In this document: one piece after another, positions 1 through 13,539 of the stretch
Numbering within the stretch: the first letter of the stretch is position 1
Layout of the letters: each line of letters begins with the position of its first letter
Source of the DNA: Eledone cirrhosa
Lineage: Eukaryota
Reading direction: 5' to 3'
Length of the DNA: 64,000 nt
Assembly: GCA_964016885.1 (NCBI GenBank)
Contig: OZ024742.1
Location: 86,924,001 to 86,988,000 of the forward strand
Notes under the pieces: model-generated
What the model saw: the letters and a program-made list of their open reading frames with translations, nothing else
What the model was told of the DNA's origin: nothing
Databases searched by the model: none
Made by a program: the position numbers and the translations under genes

Positions 1-149
1 GTCTATATCTCCATATAATGCGCAATTACTGTTTTCGAAAACCAAGAGTTAGACCAGTGTATGACCAATGGGTCTCATTTTACAATTACTATTTGTCATT
101 ACCATCATAACTATACAACACGCACTTAAGAAACCTACAGTGGGCTACC

Positions 150-810
150 AATGAAGAAGGAAATATCTGTAAATGCATTTCCTGAAAACGTTTGTGAAGT
201 GTCGCGAAATACTCTGTTTAATATGAAAGCAGCCTGTAGTGGAATAAGGCTGTCGTCTCGAGATACCAATGTCAAACCAGGTGACAGTTGATATAAATAT
301 TTAGTGCGTTTAGAACTGGTTGGTAGTTTACATGAAAAGAAAGATTAGAGAGATATATTTGAAATGAATAAGAATTACATTAAAATCCATCTGAATGCGA
401 GTAATTTAGTCAGTACAAATATCCCGTCAGTTACGGAGGCTACATTTACTCTGTGCATTTTCGGGTGGAGTAAAGAAAAATTTCGAAGTTGGATAAAAGG
501 ATAAGTAAGTTAATGGCATTTTACAGAACATGTACCCCACCACAAATGTAAGTAGATTGTCCAGAAAGAGGAATATTGTTGGTGGAGGTCTCGTCAGTGG
601 TAATCAAGTTCAAAGGAGAAACATTACACACTATTTGAAAAATTGTGACTAATAATTGTTGCAATATGCGGCAGAAGATATTGGTACAAATGCATATGAA
701 ACAGTTTGTAAAGAAGAGTTTAAACAAAGAGTTGACCAGAAGATAAAAGAACTTGTAGAAATGAGAATGCATGGTCAGTGTGATGGAAAGACATAGGATA
801 TGGAACGTGT
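150..810 (+). mobile_element. Highly decayed R4/Dong-like (RLE-type) non-LTR retrotransposon, RT C-terminal fragment
   Basis: Manual translation through stops gives motifs in the expected order: YKYLVRLE (~YKYLGILE), HLNASNLV, FGWSKEKFRS (~FGIINWTKEELRS), YPTTNVSRLSRKRNIVGGGLVS (~HPKSDVDRLYLPRKEGGRGL) and MHGQ at ~767. Confidence 0.55.
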
Positions 811-3524
811 TGTATCTCATCTATGTATATGGTCTCCATATTTCCGATTGAATTATTGCACTAATTCTTTGGATTCTTTTCTTTAAATCTTATTCAAAGA
901 ATTAATTTCGATTCTAACTTAATTCATAGCTTGCACAGAACGTAATCGTAACAATTTATTACAGATGTGCTTTAAGATATTAAATTCTAAAAATAATTTG
1001 AAGACGAAACCAGTATAAATATTTAGTCAACACAGTTTATAAACATTGAAATAACCAGTTTTTATATAGCCTGAGTATAAATGTACAATAACAACTTGCA
1101 CTGAATTAGAAAAAAAAATGTATTGAATTCATTAAAAACAAAATTATAATAACAAAATCATCATTACATGGTTATTATATTTACATTTCTGACAATATAT
1201 TTCTCCGACGTAAAACCTTTTTTTTTAAATGCAAATAACCAAAATTAATAATTCCATTGTAGACATATTTTTTTTAATAGTTCCCAGTGTCAATAGGCAG
1301 TTTAAATAGACAATTATCTTAATACGCATTCATTTATAATGTGTTCACTTAATACTGACAATCGGTTATGAGAAAACATATACTCTTGTAAGAATAACAA
1401 TGCACCATTAAAATTCCTATAAACATTACCTAGAAAATTGTCTAATCTCGTTATCATTGACATTCATCATTATAGACCGAAAATAATATATATATAAATA
1501 GAGGAATACGATACGAAGCACTAATAAATAAGGTGCAGGTAAAATATGATAAAGCTACAACCGACAAAACTTTCTTACTTGAAAGATGGGAATAAATCAA
1601 TGTGCATCGACGAGAACGAGTGATCCCTGATTTTGTACGCACGCAAATGTGCGCAGCCATATTAACCCAATATGTTTCGTGACTGAAGACAGATTCAATA
1701 CTCGCTACATTTAACCTAATTTCTAACAAAAAAAGGATGTAGTGAATAATAACTTAGTAAGACGTAGATTAAAAGGAATATAGATCTTAGTATATTGTAA
1801 ACATGTGTTCGTAAATATGTTAACCTCTTTTACAATGATAGTGTAAGCGGCGTCTGGGATACAACTAGTGCATGTCAGATGTTTAGTACCACCATCTAGG
1901 AGAGTTAATATATTTGCGGGAGATAATAAAGGCATTTACATACACAGGCATATTTTATAATTTTAATTACGAATGCATGCTAATAATACACTTTCTTCAA
2001 TAACCTATGCAACATTATGTAGTTTCATATCAAAGGCATTGCAGATTTCGGATATGATATGATTGATTACACTAACGATAAGGTATTCCACAGCTGTATC
2101 ACTTATAGATATAGGAAATATCTTTTTCAGACAAAATATCAGTAATAGTAAGGAACATGCATAATGCTGGAAACATTATGAAATGCGTAGAAAACAAATA
2201 TTTTCAAATATTATTTATATAAGTGAGAGCGAACTAAACAAAAACATACATAACCAATTAGGTATAAAGGTAATTGTAATTAAATAGGAAAGTGTACTGT
2301 AGTTGTTCATTTTATTAAATTATGTGTGCACGTAACAATCGCGATGACAATGAATTGAAACTGTTTTATACATTTTTTTCTGCGCGAGAAAACATAAGAT
2401 CGTGTTCCGTATACAAATATTTAATTACTACAACAAAAAATGTATATCTTGTTAATGCAATTAATTAAATATTATAACACTAATTAACGAATGTAAATTG
2501 TGTTTCACAAAGCAAATTGTTTCTTTTTGAAATACATGAAATGTAACAATTGTCGAGAAGAAATAGTGTTTATACTGAGCACATTAACCGACAATTACTA
2601 AACATATATTTCGTATGAATACCAACATACTGCAAACGATTTCAAGCATTTTCCATTATTTCTGCATTAGAATTACGTAGCTGAATCTACCATCTATACG
2701 AAACATATATCTTATGAGAAATTAGATATTTGTCACCATATGAACCGGATTTCTTTATCCTCTTTATCCTTCAAGAAACATGATTTCACTTTTCTAATTA
2801 TATTTTTATTATTGGGAAATCACTATGTAACGTAATTATTGAGATAAAAAAATGTTCATACTGTTAGGGGAGTGATTTAAATTTATGACCGATATTCAAT
2901 GCCATTAGGTAAAATGTGTTTGCATTTTCTCTTCTCATTTATCTCATTTTCAATAGAAATTATTAATTCACCACATTTAAATTCATACTAACTCTGATGG
3001 TTCACTCCACACTGGCTAATCTCACCACTTGGGAAGGATTTAGACATGATATAAAAAGCTTCAGGTATATTATAATGTATATTGACGAAGATGTCATTTG
3101 ACGTACACTTTTTAACATTTTCCGTCGTGGCTGTGTATATTTCTGTAAATGAATTACAGTTTCAGTATTTTAAACATCAAGACATACCAAGCAACTCTGT
3201 CTTCACATTCATTTCTGAATCTGAAACATTCGGAAATAGAAAATAATTGAAATCGTACATACCTAATATGCAAATATCTCAAAACCGCATCTCGCTTTCA
3301 TAATATTGGCAGCGAAACGTGCAATACATTTTGCCTGGGCTGAACGTGGTCTCATAAAAAGTTTCCCGAACGAGTAGTGATGCGAGTAAAATCATTGTTT
3401 GGATACAGATCACTGTTCACAATACAGATTCATCTTTCACTAACTTCAGATTTTTTTTTTATTCTTTATAATAATTTTGTATTATTCAGAGAGGTAACCT
3501 TATTAGTGTATTATATGCTTTGAC

Positions 3525-4000
3525 GTATAGAGTTACGGCCCTTGCCATTCTAACTTCAAATCCCGCCGAGCTTAACTTTACCTTCCATCTTACGGGGTCG
3601 ATAAAGTCCCAGTAATGCACTGGATAATTGCCGGCCCTTGTTCCAAAAGTAGAAACAATTAGATCTAATAGTAAGGGCGGTGGATTGGCAGTATCGGTAG
3701 AGGGTCGGACGGCATGCTTTGCAGCACATTTACGTCCCTTTACGGACTGAGTTCAAATCCCGCCGAAGTTAACTTTGCCTTTCATCTTTACGGGGTCGAT
3801 AACATAAAGTACCAGTAATACACTGGTATAATTGCTGGCCTTGTGCCAAATGTAGAAACAATTATATCTAATATTATTATTATATTCTGAGTTCAAATCC
3901 CGCCGGGGTCAACTATGCCCTACAGGGTTAATAACTAAAGCATCAGTAATGCACTGGGATAATTGCTGGCCTTGTGCCAAATGTAGAAATAATTATATTT
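3525..4000 (+). mobile_element. Tandem cluster of three tRNA-derived SINE copies (one near full length at 3676-3870, two 5'-truncated)
   Basis: A-box-like TGGCAGTATCGG and B-box GAGTTCAAATCC; shared body ...CTTTGCCTTTCATC..TACGGGGTCGATAA...GGCCCTTGTGCCAAA.GTAGAAACAATT repeated three times. Confidence 0.85.
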
Positions 4001-4549
4001 AATGGTATCTTATAAACTCATATAAACGTCTGAAGATGTGTCCACAATTCTGATTCCGCTTACGTTCTGTAGATACGGTCAATATTGGGCCTTGAAAATG
4101 TATACAGCCTCTTTTGTTATGCGTACGAACATAACTAAATAATATAATATGCCATCCTTCTTCCCCATTGAGTAATGTACTGTTTTACTTTTAACCTTTT
4201 CCCAAATACGGATATTTCTACATATACATGTTTCTCTGACGTGGAATATTTGCACAAACCATCGTATTTTATTTCGATAACCTCGCACGTTTCTGCCCGT
4301 TTCGTTTTTACGAATTTTTGGATATTAAGATTTATTACGCACTGCAACATATTGATCTATACGGGATTAAATATTCAACAAAAAAATAAAAATAAAAAAC
4401 ATACATACATGTAAGAAATCCTTTTGCACCAAAATGCTTCTCGGCAAAGTAGAATATGTTTTTCGTAGATTGTGATGGGATGTTCCTCTGTTCGATGGTG
4501 AAATGTCCACCACTGCCAGACGATAAATTTATCATTAATTCTACTTAGT

Positions 4550-5330
4550 ACCACTCGTTCAAAGCTGACCTCTTCGATATAGAGGTAATCATAAAGTTTT
4601 GTAAATAAAATGAGCCCTTCTATCTAACTCTTGTATATAACATTAACAAATTTAAATCAACTAAGACTCCTTTTGTAATTTCGTACAAAAGAAAATTATT
4701 ATATGGACTGGATGAGTAAAAACATAACACATTTGTGGTTAAAACCATAACAAATAAATATCAGAAGGCCAAACCTAACACGCATAAAACATTAATGATG
4801 AAACGAATCATATTGCGGTAATTTTTTAAATAAATGATAAAGTAGAACACTTGCCGAAACGTGATGCCTACATTGTTCTGAAGGATCAAAACCTGATTTC
4901 ACAAACACCCCTAGATTTAGATGAATAATTCCTGAAACGATAGAGATAGGACTATCTAGTAAAATAATTTTTTAAGAGACATCAACACCTGCATGATTAA
5001 AAGCGGTGGATTGGCAGTATCAGTAGAGGGGCGGACGCCATGGTTTCCAGCATAGTTACGTCCATTTACGATCTGAGTTCAAATCCCGCCGAGGTTGACT
5101 TTGCCTTTCATCCTTACGGAGTCGATAAAATAAAGTTCCAGTAATGCACTGGGTGATTGCTGGCCTTGTGCCTAAAGTAGAAACAATTATTAAAAGCGTC
5201 AATTTCTTACTGTGAAGTAATACATATGTCATATCCTGGTTCACAGAACAGGACCGAATTCACAGTGTGTGATTTTATAGATTTGTATCCTTCTATTTCT
5301 ATGATGTTTCTTACTAACGATTTAGATTTA
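4550..5330 (+). mobile_element. Decayed Naiad-type PLE RT fragment, interrupted by a SINE
   Basis: NDKVEHLPKRDAYIVLKDQ/PDFTNTPRFR (4833-4920) and VISWF...CDFIDLYPSIS (5228-5300) parallel the motifs of the 7279 ORF (EDRTEPLALKRPHFNLKDHKSNFNSNPSIRL; VINWF...FDIDNYYSSIS). Confidence 0.6.
5003..5190 (+). mobile_element. tRNA-derived SINE with probable target-site duplication
   Basis: Same family as 3676; ATTAAAAGCG at 4996-5005 and 5189-5198 flanks it. Confidence 0.85.
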
Positions 5331-6400
5331 GCTCGTTCTTTTGTATACATCAGTGACATGGAATATAACCTTTATTCCAAGCCCGTATAACGTTCTTATT
5401 AAGTAAATCTTGGTTAAAAAATGTCTTACGGGGATGATTCTGGTGTCGTACCCATGCAACCATATGATTGTGCTCGTGTTTGTAATCTTAACGGCTTGTA
5501 CATTCTTTGTACGCTGAAGTTTAAATTCGCCAACCAATCATTCGGTCTGTACCTTGATGACAGTCTTTAGTTTTCCCATGATTATATCGGACCATCTCTA
5601 GATCACAGAATTCCGGTTGATACGAACTTTATTAATGCAAATAGCATGCAGGTAATGTAGGCCCATGTCGGCATTCGAGAGAAAAGTCTTTGAGCTGTTC
5701 TTGTCCACCTCAATAAATTAGGTTTACCATGCCGTCTATCGTTTGTGATTGACATTTGAGATGTTTCAATTTTCATAATATTTTCTTTCGTTTGGTGAGA
5801 ATAGGTGGAAATACACAGAAGGGAAGGATTATAGTGAAGATATTTTTGTTGGTTATATAATTATGCTTTCTTTTGTGAAATCTGGGTATACAAACTGGGA
5901 TATAACATTTTCAGGTATATAGCCAGCGTCCAGGTTTTTCTCCGCAGTTTAGGTGGGGAGATGTACGTTGATGTCGATGCACCATCATAACACAACAGGA
6001 AAGCTATTATATCCTACTACTGAGTGGCATTTATCTTCGTTTATTTTCACTAGGGATTCACTAGCAGCAAACTAATAGATTTAATATTCATCTGATAATA
6101 TGTGTTGCCGTTTTGGGTGATCTGCACATAGTTAGATTCACATAATTGGTGGGGTATGTTTTGCCCATATATTTGTAACAATGTCTACAACTATCAGCCA
6201 AAATAGTTTGTACGTAGTGGAGGGTTATGCGTATGTGAAAGACCATTCAACATGAAATAGAATGTTAGTGAATGCATCACAGTTTGCATTATGTTATGAA
6301 AAGCGTGGACTGGGGAGAAATCATTGGGTTTATCTTTCGGCTTGTGGAATCTCATGTTATAGAGATACATGTCCTGTTCAGGCATAATTATTTTTTCCAC
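5330..6400 (-). mobile_element. Possible inverted, very decayed PLE 3' half (linker and GIY-YIG remnants)
   Basis: Minus-strand remnants HYLHAICINKVRIN (~HKYHQILNRSTVKFS) and xMGTTPES..R.FFNQ (~YIGATSNNFKTRFNNH); many stops and frameshifts. Confidence 0.35.
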
Positions 6401-6790
6401 TGAACATTGTGTATAATATTAATGTGCTTAAAAATATTAGGTCTAATTCGTTTTTTTCTTATATCTTTCTGGAACAAGAAACAACTCGTGACAGCGTTAG
6501 AGTTGGACGTACAACGTTTCAAACTATTTGTAAATCATTTAACACTGTTAAATAAAACACCTAATACTTTACATTATCTTAAAAATGTTAAAAATCCATT
6601 GTTTACTTGACGGAGAATGTTTATTTAAGCAATATAAATTTTGTCAAATCATCGATCTCTCATAAGCAGCTGATGGATTAGAATTATAAAATATTTGGTA
6701 GATAAATAGATATCTTTGAATATATTTTGCTTCCATATTATTACGTGGATTATACGATATTATCTAGTTGACAGGATACAATTATACCCC

Positions 6791-6854
<64 letters not shown>

Positions 6855-6959
6855 TCTCTCTCTCTTAATATACACACAGATGTGTAACGAAAGAACATTG
6901 ATAGACTATATATATATGTGTGTGCGTGTGTCTATGTGTGTGTGTGTGTGGGTGTTTGT

Positions 6960-7130
6960 GTATGTTTAACCGTTGGGCAATGGGAAACATTGATTGTCAG
7001 GTAAATTATATATCGAGATATAAAAGATACAGAAGCGAAAACCAACTCCAACCCAAACAGTGAGTGAGTTTTATTTCTATTATATCTGAGAATATTATAA
7101 GAATATGACCCTCTCCAAATATAACAATAG
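6960..7130 (+). repeat. PLE terminal (pLTR) fragment, inverted homolog of 41597-41760
   Basis: ...GAAGCGAAAACCAAC...AAACAGTGAGTG...AATATGACCCTCTCCAAATATAACAATA is the reverse complement of the 41597-41690 terminus. Confidence 0.6.
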
Positions 7131-7162
7131 GGCAATACAACAATACACACACACACACACAC

Positions 7163-7218
<56 letters not shown>

Positions 7219-7278
7219 GATAAATCTACCAAGAGTTTACGGTAGTGTCAAAAATCTAAACAAGCAGATCGGAAATAT

Positions 7279-8913
7279 ATGTATGATTTCAATACTTACA
7301 AGAATCCACCACACAACTTTTTACTTGAAGACTTCGAGAAAGACCTTTTTAATTTAATTAAACACCTCAAATTTAAAAAGTATAAATCCGTCTTTCAAAA
7401 GGACCTTGATTCTACCCTATTGGACCTAAAAAAGTCTAAAAAAATCCATGTCCACTCGGACAAAACTGGTAACTTGTATCATATGGATATTGAACATTAT
7501 AATGAGTTCATATATAAAGAACTCAGAAAAAATTATAAAAAGTCTAATAATGCGTCACTCACCAACATCAACAACAAAACACACAACATAGTAAAAAAAC
7601 TAAACATTGAAGATAGAACTGAACCTTTGGCATTGAAAAGACCACACTTCAACCTGAAGGATCATAAATCAAACTTTAACTCAAATCCTTCTATTAGACT
7701 TATATGTCCCTCCAAATCAGATATTGGAATAATTAGCAAAAAAATTTTGGATAGAGTCATCCCACAAATAAGAAAACACGTTATTTTACCACTCTGGGAA
7801 AACACCTCCCAGGTAATTAACTGGTTTAAAAATATTAGATGTAAATCTTCTGCTTCATTTCTACAATTTGATATAGATAATTACTATTCTTCTATATCAC
7901 CTATACTCCTGAACAAAGCATTGATATTTGCTAAAAATAGATCTAACTTAACTTTGGATGACATTAATATTATTACACATGCTAGACTAACACTTATTGA
8001 ATTTCAGAATGAATACTGGACCAGAAACACATATAGTAATCTATTTGATATTACTATGGGTTCAAGCGATTCCGCCCAAATTACTGATCTTGTGGGCCTC
8101 TTTCTCCTTTTCAACAGAAATGCCTCCTTTCCCCACCTCAAAGGTGGTTTATATCGTGATGACTGTCTTCTTCTTTCTAACAACCTTAGCCTTTCAGAAA
8201 TTGAAAAAAACAAAAAACATATTAGAACTTTCCTTAAAGACTATTATAATCTTCATATTACTTTTGAAAAAACAAGTAAAGTAGTAAATTTCCTAGATAT
8301 AACTTTAGATTTAGCTACGGGTATCTACCAACCTTACCATAAACCAAACCAAAACTTACATTACATACACTCACAATCTAATCACCCTAAATCTATCCTT
8401 AAAAACCTTGCATATAATATATCACTTAGAATTTCTAACCTTTCTTCTAACCAAGATGTATTTGATAAAAATGCGACCTTCTATAACGAAGCTCTAGATA
8501 GAAGTGGCCACAAAAATAGATTAGAATATATACCTTCTACTAAAAATACTAAAAGCATACAACCTAATATTACCAACAAACACCAAATGAAAAGTACACA
8601 CCTAAATGCCACCCACACTATACCCCAAAATACCAAATCTTCTAATATAAAATATAGTAACTCTCAAAAAACTACTCATCATACAACTCTAATAAATATT
8701 AACAATAAAACTCCTAATAAAAAGGATAAAACACCTAAATCTACAAATATAACTAAAAATGGTTGTGGTGAGATCATTAACATTAATCCTCCTAGTAAAC
8801 ATCACGATACAACCTATAAAAATAATAAAAATAATAAACAACATAGAAACCGTAATAGACGGGTTACTTGGTATAATGCTCCATTTAATTTACAAATTAA
8901 GGATATATCCTAG
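7279..8913 (+). pseudogene. PLE reverse transcriptase (Naiad-type), ending at a frameshift
   Basis: Motifs HSDKTGNLY, LKDHKSNF..NPSIRLICP, QFDIDNYYSSI, TMGSSDSAQITDLVG, GLYRDD, VNFLDITLDL, YIHSQSNHP, WYNAPF. Confidence 0.9.
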
Positions 8914-9518
8914 AGAAAAACTTCCCGCCAAACCACAAATACCATCAAATCTTAAATAGGTCTACAGTTAAATTCTCATACTCTACAACAAATAACATAA
9001 AACAAAATATAAGTGCCTATAATGCATATAAATGTAAGAAAACCATAAGTATACCACCAGTACATCAAATTAACCATAATATCTCCTCAAATACAGAATT
9101 AACGAAAGGTTGTAACTGTAGAAACAAAGCAAACTGCCCATTAAAAGGGAATTGTCTTGTTAACAACATAGTCTATAAATGTAATGTTAAAACTAAAGAT
9201 TCTATTTGCTCATATATAGGAGCTACCTCTAACAATTTTAAGACAAGGTTTAATAACCACAAGCATAGTTTTAAAAATGCCGCACTGGCTAATACAACAT
9301 CTCTAGCAGAAAAAATCAATAGTTATAAAAATAAGAATATAGAATATGATTTGACCTGGAGTGTGCTCAAAAGAGCCACCCCTTATCAAAATAATAGAAA
9401 TGAATGTAGATTATGTTCCCAAGAACTATTTGAAATAATGAAATCTAAGGATATCCTATTAAATAAACGACAGGAATTAATTATATCGTGTAATCATAAA
9501 CTAAAAAAAAACATTTAA
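8910..9518 (+). pseudogene. Frameshifted C-terminus of the same PLE ORF: linker, Cys motifs and GIY-YIG endonuclease (absent from the ORF track)
   Basis: Open frame LEKNFPPNHKYHQILNRSTVKFSYS...GCNCRNKANCPLKGNCLVNNIVYKCNV...SYIGATSNNFKTRFNNHKHSF...CRLCSQE...LNKRQELIISCNHK, stop TAA at 9516-9518. Confidence 0.9.
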
Positions 9519-9965
9519 ATATTATAAACCTAATTAATAACATTATTTTAGAAATTAATTTAATTTAAATGTTAGTTAACCTATAAATTTAATTTAATTA
9601 AAATTCTATTACAGATGAGAATATAAAATATTGTGTAATCATAAATTGTGAAAAACCTTTAAATATTACTAATATATACTTAGTAATTTAATTTATAGAT
9701 TAATTTTAATTTATTTAAACCTTTTATTAAAATTCCTTTACAGATAAAATATAACAAAATATCGTGTATCCAATGACAGAGAAATAATTTTTAGTATTAT
9801 AGACCTAATTAATATACATTTTAGAAATATATTTATAATTTGGTTTTAAATTTAGTCAACCTAAAAATTTAATTTAATTGGCTTAAAATTAGTATCCTTA
9901 TACAGACGGATTGCAGAATGTCATGTAATCATAGAATGGGATGTGTTTTGGATGTATACCTAGTT
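9487..9965 (+). repeat. Degenerate ~140-bp tandem repeat reiterating the end of the PLE ORF
   Basis: GTGTAATCATAAA-like starts at ~9488, 9633, 9764 and 9924, each followed by AT-rich ...ACCTAATTAAT-like sequence. Confidence 0.55.
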
Positions 9966-10037
9966 AATATATTCTTTGCAATTTTTGAAAAAATATGTAT
10001 ATGTATGTATGTATATGTATGTGTATGTGTGTGTATG

Positions 10038-10068
<31 letters not shown>

Positions 10069-10762
10069 ATGTATATATATATGTGTATGTATATGTATAT
10101 GTATATGTATTAATTTTGATTTCTATTTGCATATAATTATATTCTGCTATTGATAAAATACAATATCTGTTTTATTTATTATATACCTAATTAACATATA
10201 CTATAGATATTAATATATAATTTTTAATTTAGTTAACCTATAATTTATATTCTACTACCGATGTAATACTTTATTTGTTTTTTCCCTATTACTAAATTCA
10301 TTTCCTAATATTGATACCATAACGTTATTAACTTTAATTTAGTTATACTATAATTAATACTCTACTACTATTTAACTTCAAAATTCTGCTTCAAATATTA
10401 TAAACCTAACTAATTTACACCTTAGAAATCAATATGTTAACTATCTTTAGTTTAGTTAACATATAATTAATGGTATACTTATTTATTTTGAAATGCATAA
10501 ATTTTGCCTTATTTCTTGTATTTCCTAACACTGAAACTATGTAAAAACATACATTGGATACAGATACAGATAATATTCTATGTTTCTTGAAACATATATT
10601 TACTATAATCCCCTTCTCCAACCCCCCTTTCCCCCATACTATTATCATCTGTGTTTGTAAGCGTGTATGTATGAATATATATGTAGGTAGGTGTATATAT
10701 GTTTGGGTATTTATATCTGAATATAAAAATACATATATGCGCATGCAAATAAGAATGTAAGA

Positions 10763-10893
10763 TTGTGTGTATATATATGTGTGTATGTATATATATATAT
10801 GTCTATATATGCATGTGTATATATATGTGTATGTGTATGTGTGTATGTATATATATGTGTATATGTGTATATGTGTGTGGGCGTGTATGTGTG

Positions 10894-10936
<43 letters not shown>

Positions 10937-11183
10937 GTGTGTATGTATGTATGTATATATGTGTGTGTATATATATGTATGTCTCTCTATTTATATGTCT
11001 ATCTTCGTATCTATGTGGGTATATGTGTGTATGTGCATGTATGCACATGTATGTGTTTACGTGTATATGTGTGTATCTGTATATATGTACGTGTGCGCAC
11101 ATATATATGTGAGTGTGTGTGTGTGTGTGTGTGTATATGTATATATATATGTATATCTATGTGTGTATATATGTATATATTCG

Positions 11184-11234
<51 letters not shown>

Positions 11235-11805
11235 TATTATTATAATATAACTTATGTGTATGTGTGTATATGTGAGGGTGTGTTTATGTATATATATGTG
11301 TATATATATGTGTAAAAAAATATATATGTGTATGTCTGTTTTTTTTGTGTGTGTGTATATATATGTATGTGTATATATATGTGTATGTGTGTGTTTGTAT
11401 GTGTGTTTATGGTTGTATGTGTGTGTGGGTGTATATATATAAATGTATGTGTATATATATATATATATATATATGTGTATATATATCTCTATTAATGTGT
11501 GTATATATGTATATGTATATGCCTTTTTCTTTGTATGTCTGAGTTGTGTGAGGGTGTAGTGGTGTTTGTATGTATATACGCATATATGGATGCGTATGTA
11601 TTTGTATATATGAGTATATGTAAGTGCGTATGTATGTATGAATATATATCTAATTCTATGTATGATTATATATGTGTGTGTATGTATGTTGTGTGTGTAT
11701 GTATGTATGTGTCTATGTGTGTATATATATGTATATAAGTGTGTGTATGTATGTTTGTATGTGTATGTATGTACATATATGTCTATGTATGTGTGTATGT
11801 ATATG

Positions 11806-11844
<39 letters not shown>

Positions 11845-12032
11845 TTATTTTATATATGTGTGTGTGTGTATGTGTGTGTGTGTATATATATCTTTATATA
11901 TGTGTACGTGTATGTTCGTGTAGGTGTATGTGTGTGTATGACTATATATGTATGTGTGTATGTGTGTATGTATGTATATGTATGTGTGTGTACATGTATG
12001 TATGTGTATGTATGTATATGTGTGTATATGTG

Positions 12033-12069
<37 letters not shown>

Positions 12070-12368
12070 ATATATATATATATATGTATATGTATCTCTA
12101 TTTGTATATGTATATGTGTATAGGTATATACCTTTTTCTTTGTATGTCTGAGTTGTGTGAGAGTGTAGTGGTGTTTGTATGTATATACCGATATACGGAT
12201 GCGTAAGTATTTGTGTGTATGCATGTATGTATGTCTGTATGTATTTGTGTGTATATATAGGTATGTATGTGTATATCTGTATGTATATAAGTATGTATGT
12301 GTATGTATATGTGCGTGTATGTGTGTATATATATGTGTGTCTATATAGTATGTGTGATTATATGTGTA

Positions 12369-12418
<50 letters not shown>

Positions 12419-12520
12419 TATATGTATGTGTGTATATGTGTGTATGTGTGTATATGTATATGTTTATATATGTGTGTGTATGTATGTTCTAAGTGTGGAT
12501 GTGTGTATATGTATGTATGT

Positions 12521-12568
<48 letters not shown>

Positions 12569-12600
12569 ATGTATATGTATATATATATATATATTTTCTT
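10763..12600. repeat. Compound (TA)n/(TG)n/(TATG)n microsatellite region with an internal duplicated island
   Basis: Direct reading; CCTTTTTCTTTGTATGTCTGAGTTGTGTGAG.GTGTAGTGGTG occurs at ~11522 and ~12131. Confidence 0.95.
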
Positions 12601-13212
12601 GATATATTTCTTTTTTCTTTTTTCTTTTTCTTTTCTTTCCTTTTTAATTTTTATTTTTTATTTTCTTAGTTTATAGATACATCTATAATAAGCAGTCTGC
12701 CCAAACCGTTGAATACTGACCTCTCCCCCCTCCCACCTAATTTCTGTATCTTGATCTAAATGTGTGTGGCAGTGTTTATGTGAGTGAATTAATATCCATG
12801 TGCTTATGATAATATTATATCCACATATATATATGTGAGTGGGGGTGTGTGTGTGTTTGTATGTTCGTAATTATGTGTATGTTTATGCATATACGCGCGC
12901 GTGTGTGTGATTATACGGATATGTGTGAGTATGAGAATATGTGTATACACTTATTTCATATTTATGTGTCTATACGCATCTTATCTGTGCATTATAAACT
13001 TACAGAGACATTAACCTTGAAATTTTGTATTTGCATCCATCCTTTTGGTATGCGTATACATGTTGAGCATACATTTTTGTAAAATATGTGTAAGGGTAGT
13101 TACATGTATATACACACACCGAACTGCATAAAACCTTTTGTATTTTCATTGGTCAATTTTGTTCCCAAACGGACCTGAAATTTTGAATTGTTGTTATTAT
13201 CAATAAATATAT

Positions 13213-13366
13213 TTCATTATTTCTGAAGACGGCGTATATATGTGTTGGTATGTATATTTAATCTTGATAGTTTGTATAATTTTGTATAATTTTGTACATA
13301 GATCTGTTGAATATGCATGCCAATTCTAACACATATATATCCTAGAAACGATCGTTAAATAATGAA
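13213..13366 (+). ncRNA. Type I hammerhead ribozyme with a long stem II
   Basis: Stem I TTCATTATTT/AAATAATGAA (10 bp); core CTGAAGA at 13223; stem II GTATATATGTGTTGG/CTAACACATATATAT; GAAA at 13345; palindromic stem III ACGATCGT; cleavage triplet GUU. Confidence 0.85.
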
Positions 13367-13420
13367 CTTTTTTTGTTTAATATAAGGAACTGTTTCATTG
13401 TTTTATTCATTATTTGTTTA

Positions 13421-13484
<64 letters not shown>

Positions 13485-13539
13485 AATATATATATATATA
13501 TATATATACATATATATTATATATATATAATATGTTTAT

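Larger units (their letters stand above)
7216..13427 (+). mobile_element. Naiad-type Penelope-like element, 5'-truncated, with a long microsatellite-rich 3' UTR and a terminal hammerhead
   Basis: Bounded by (TA)n runs at ~7167-7215 and ~13428; RT plus C-terminal GIY-YIG; HHR at 13213. The 3' extent is inferred from the HHR position. Confidence 0.75.

Noticed and set aside
996-1022. TTGAAGACGAAACCAGTA hammerhead-like words
   Set aside because: No stem II and no convincing stem I
2920-3070. Exon-like segment with a polypyrimidine tract, AG acceptor and GT donor
   Set aside because: All three reading frames contain stops and there is no recognisable protein
3676-3770. tRNA gene
   Set aside because: A and B boxes belong to a multi-copy SINE head; no full cloverleaf
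7279-9518. Selenocysteine recoding, reported for some Naiad elements
   Set aside because: No in-frame TGA; the break at ~8910 is a frameshift with a missing segment, and I found no convincing SECIS
10763-12676. Many overlapping YI/CV/YV-repeat ORFs, also at 14-15, 30, 36-37, 40-41 and 43-44 kb
   Set aside because: Stop-free translations of (TA)n and (TG)n microsatellites, not genes
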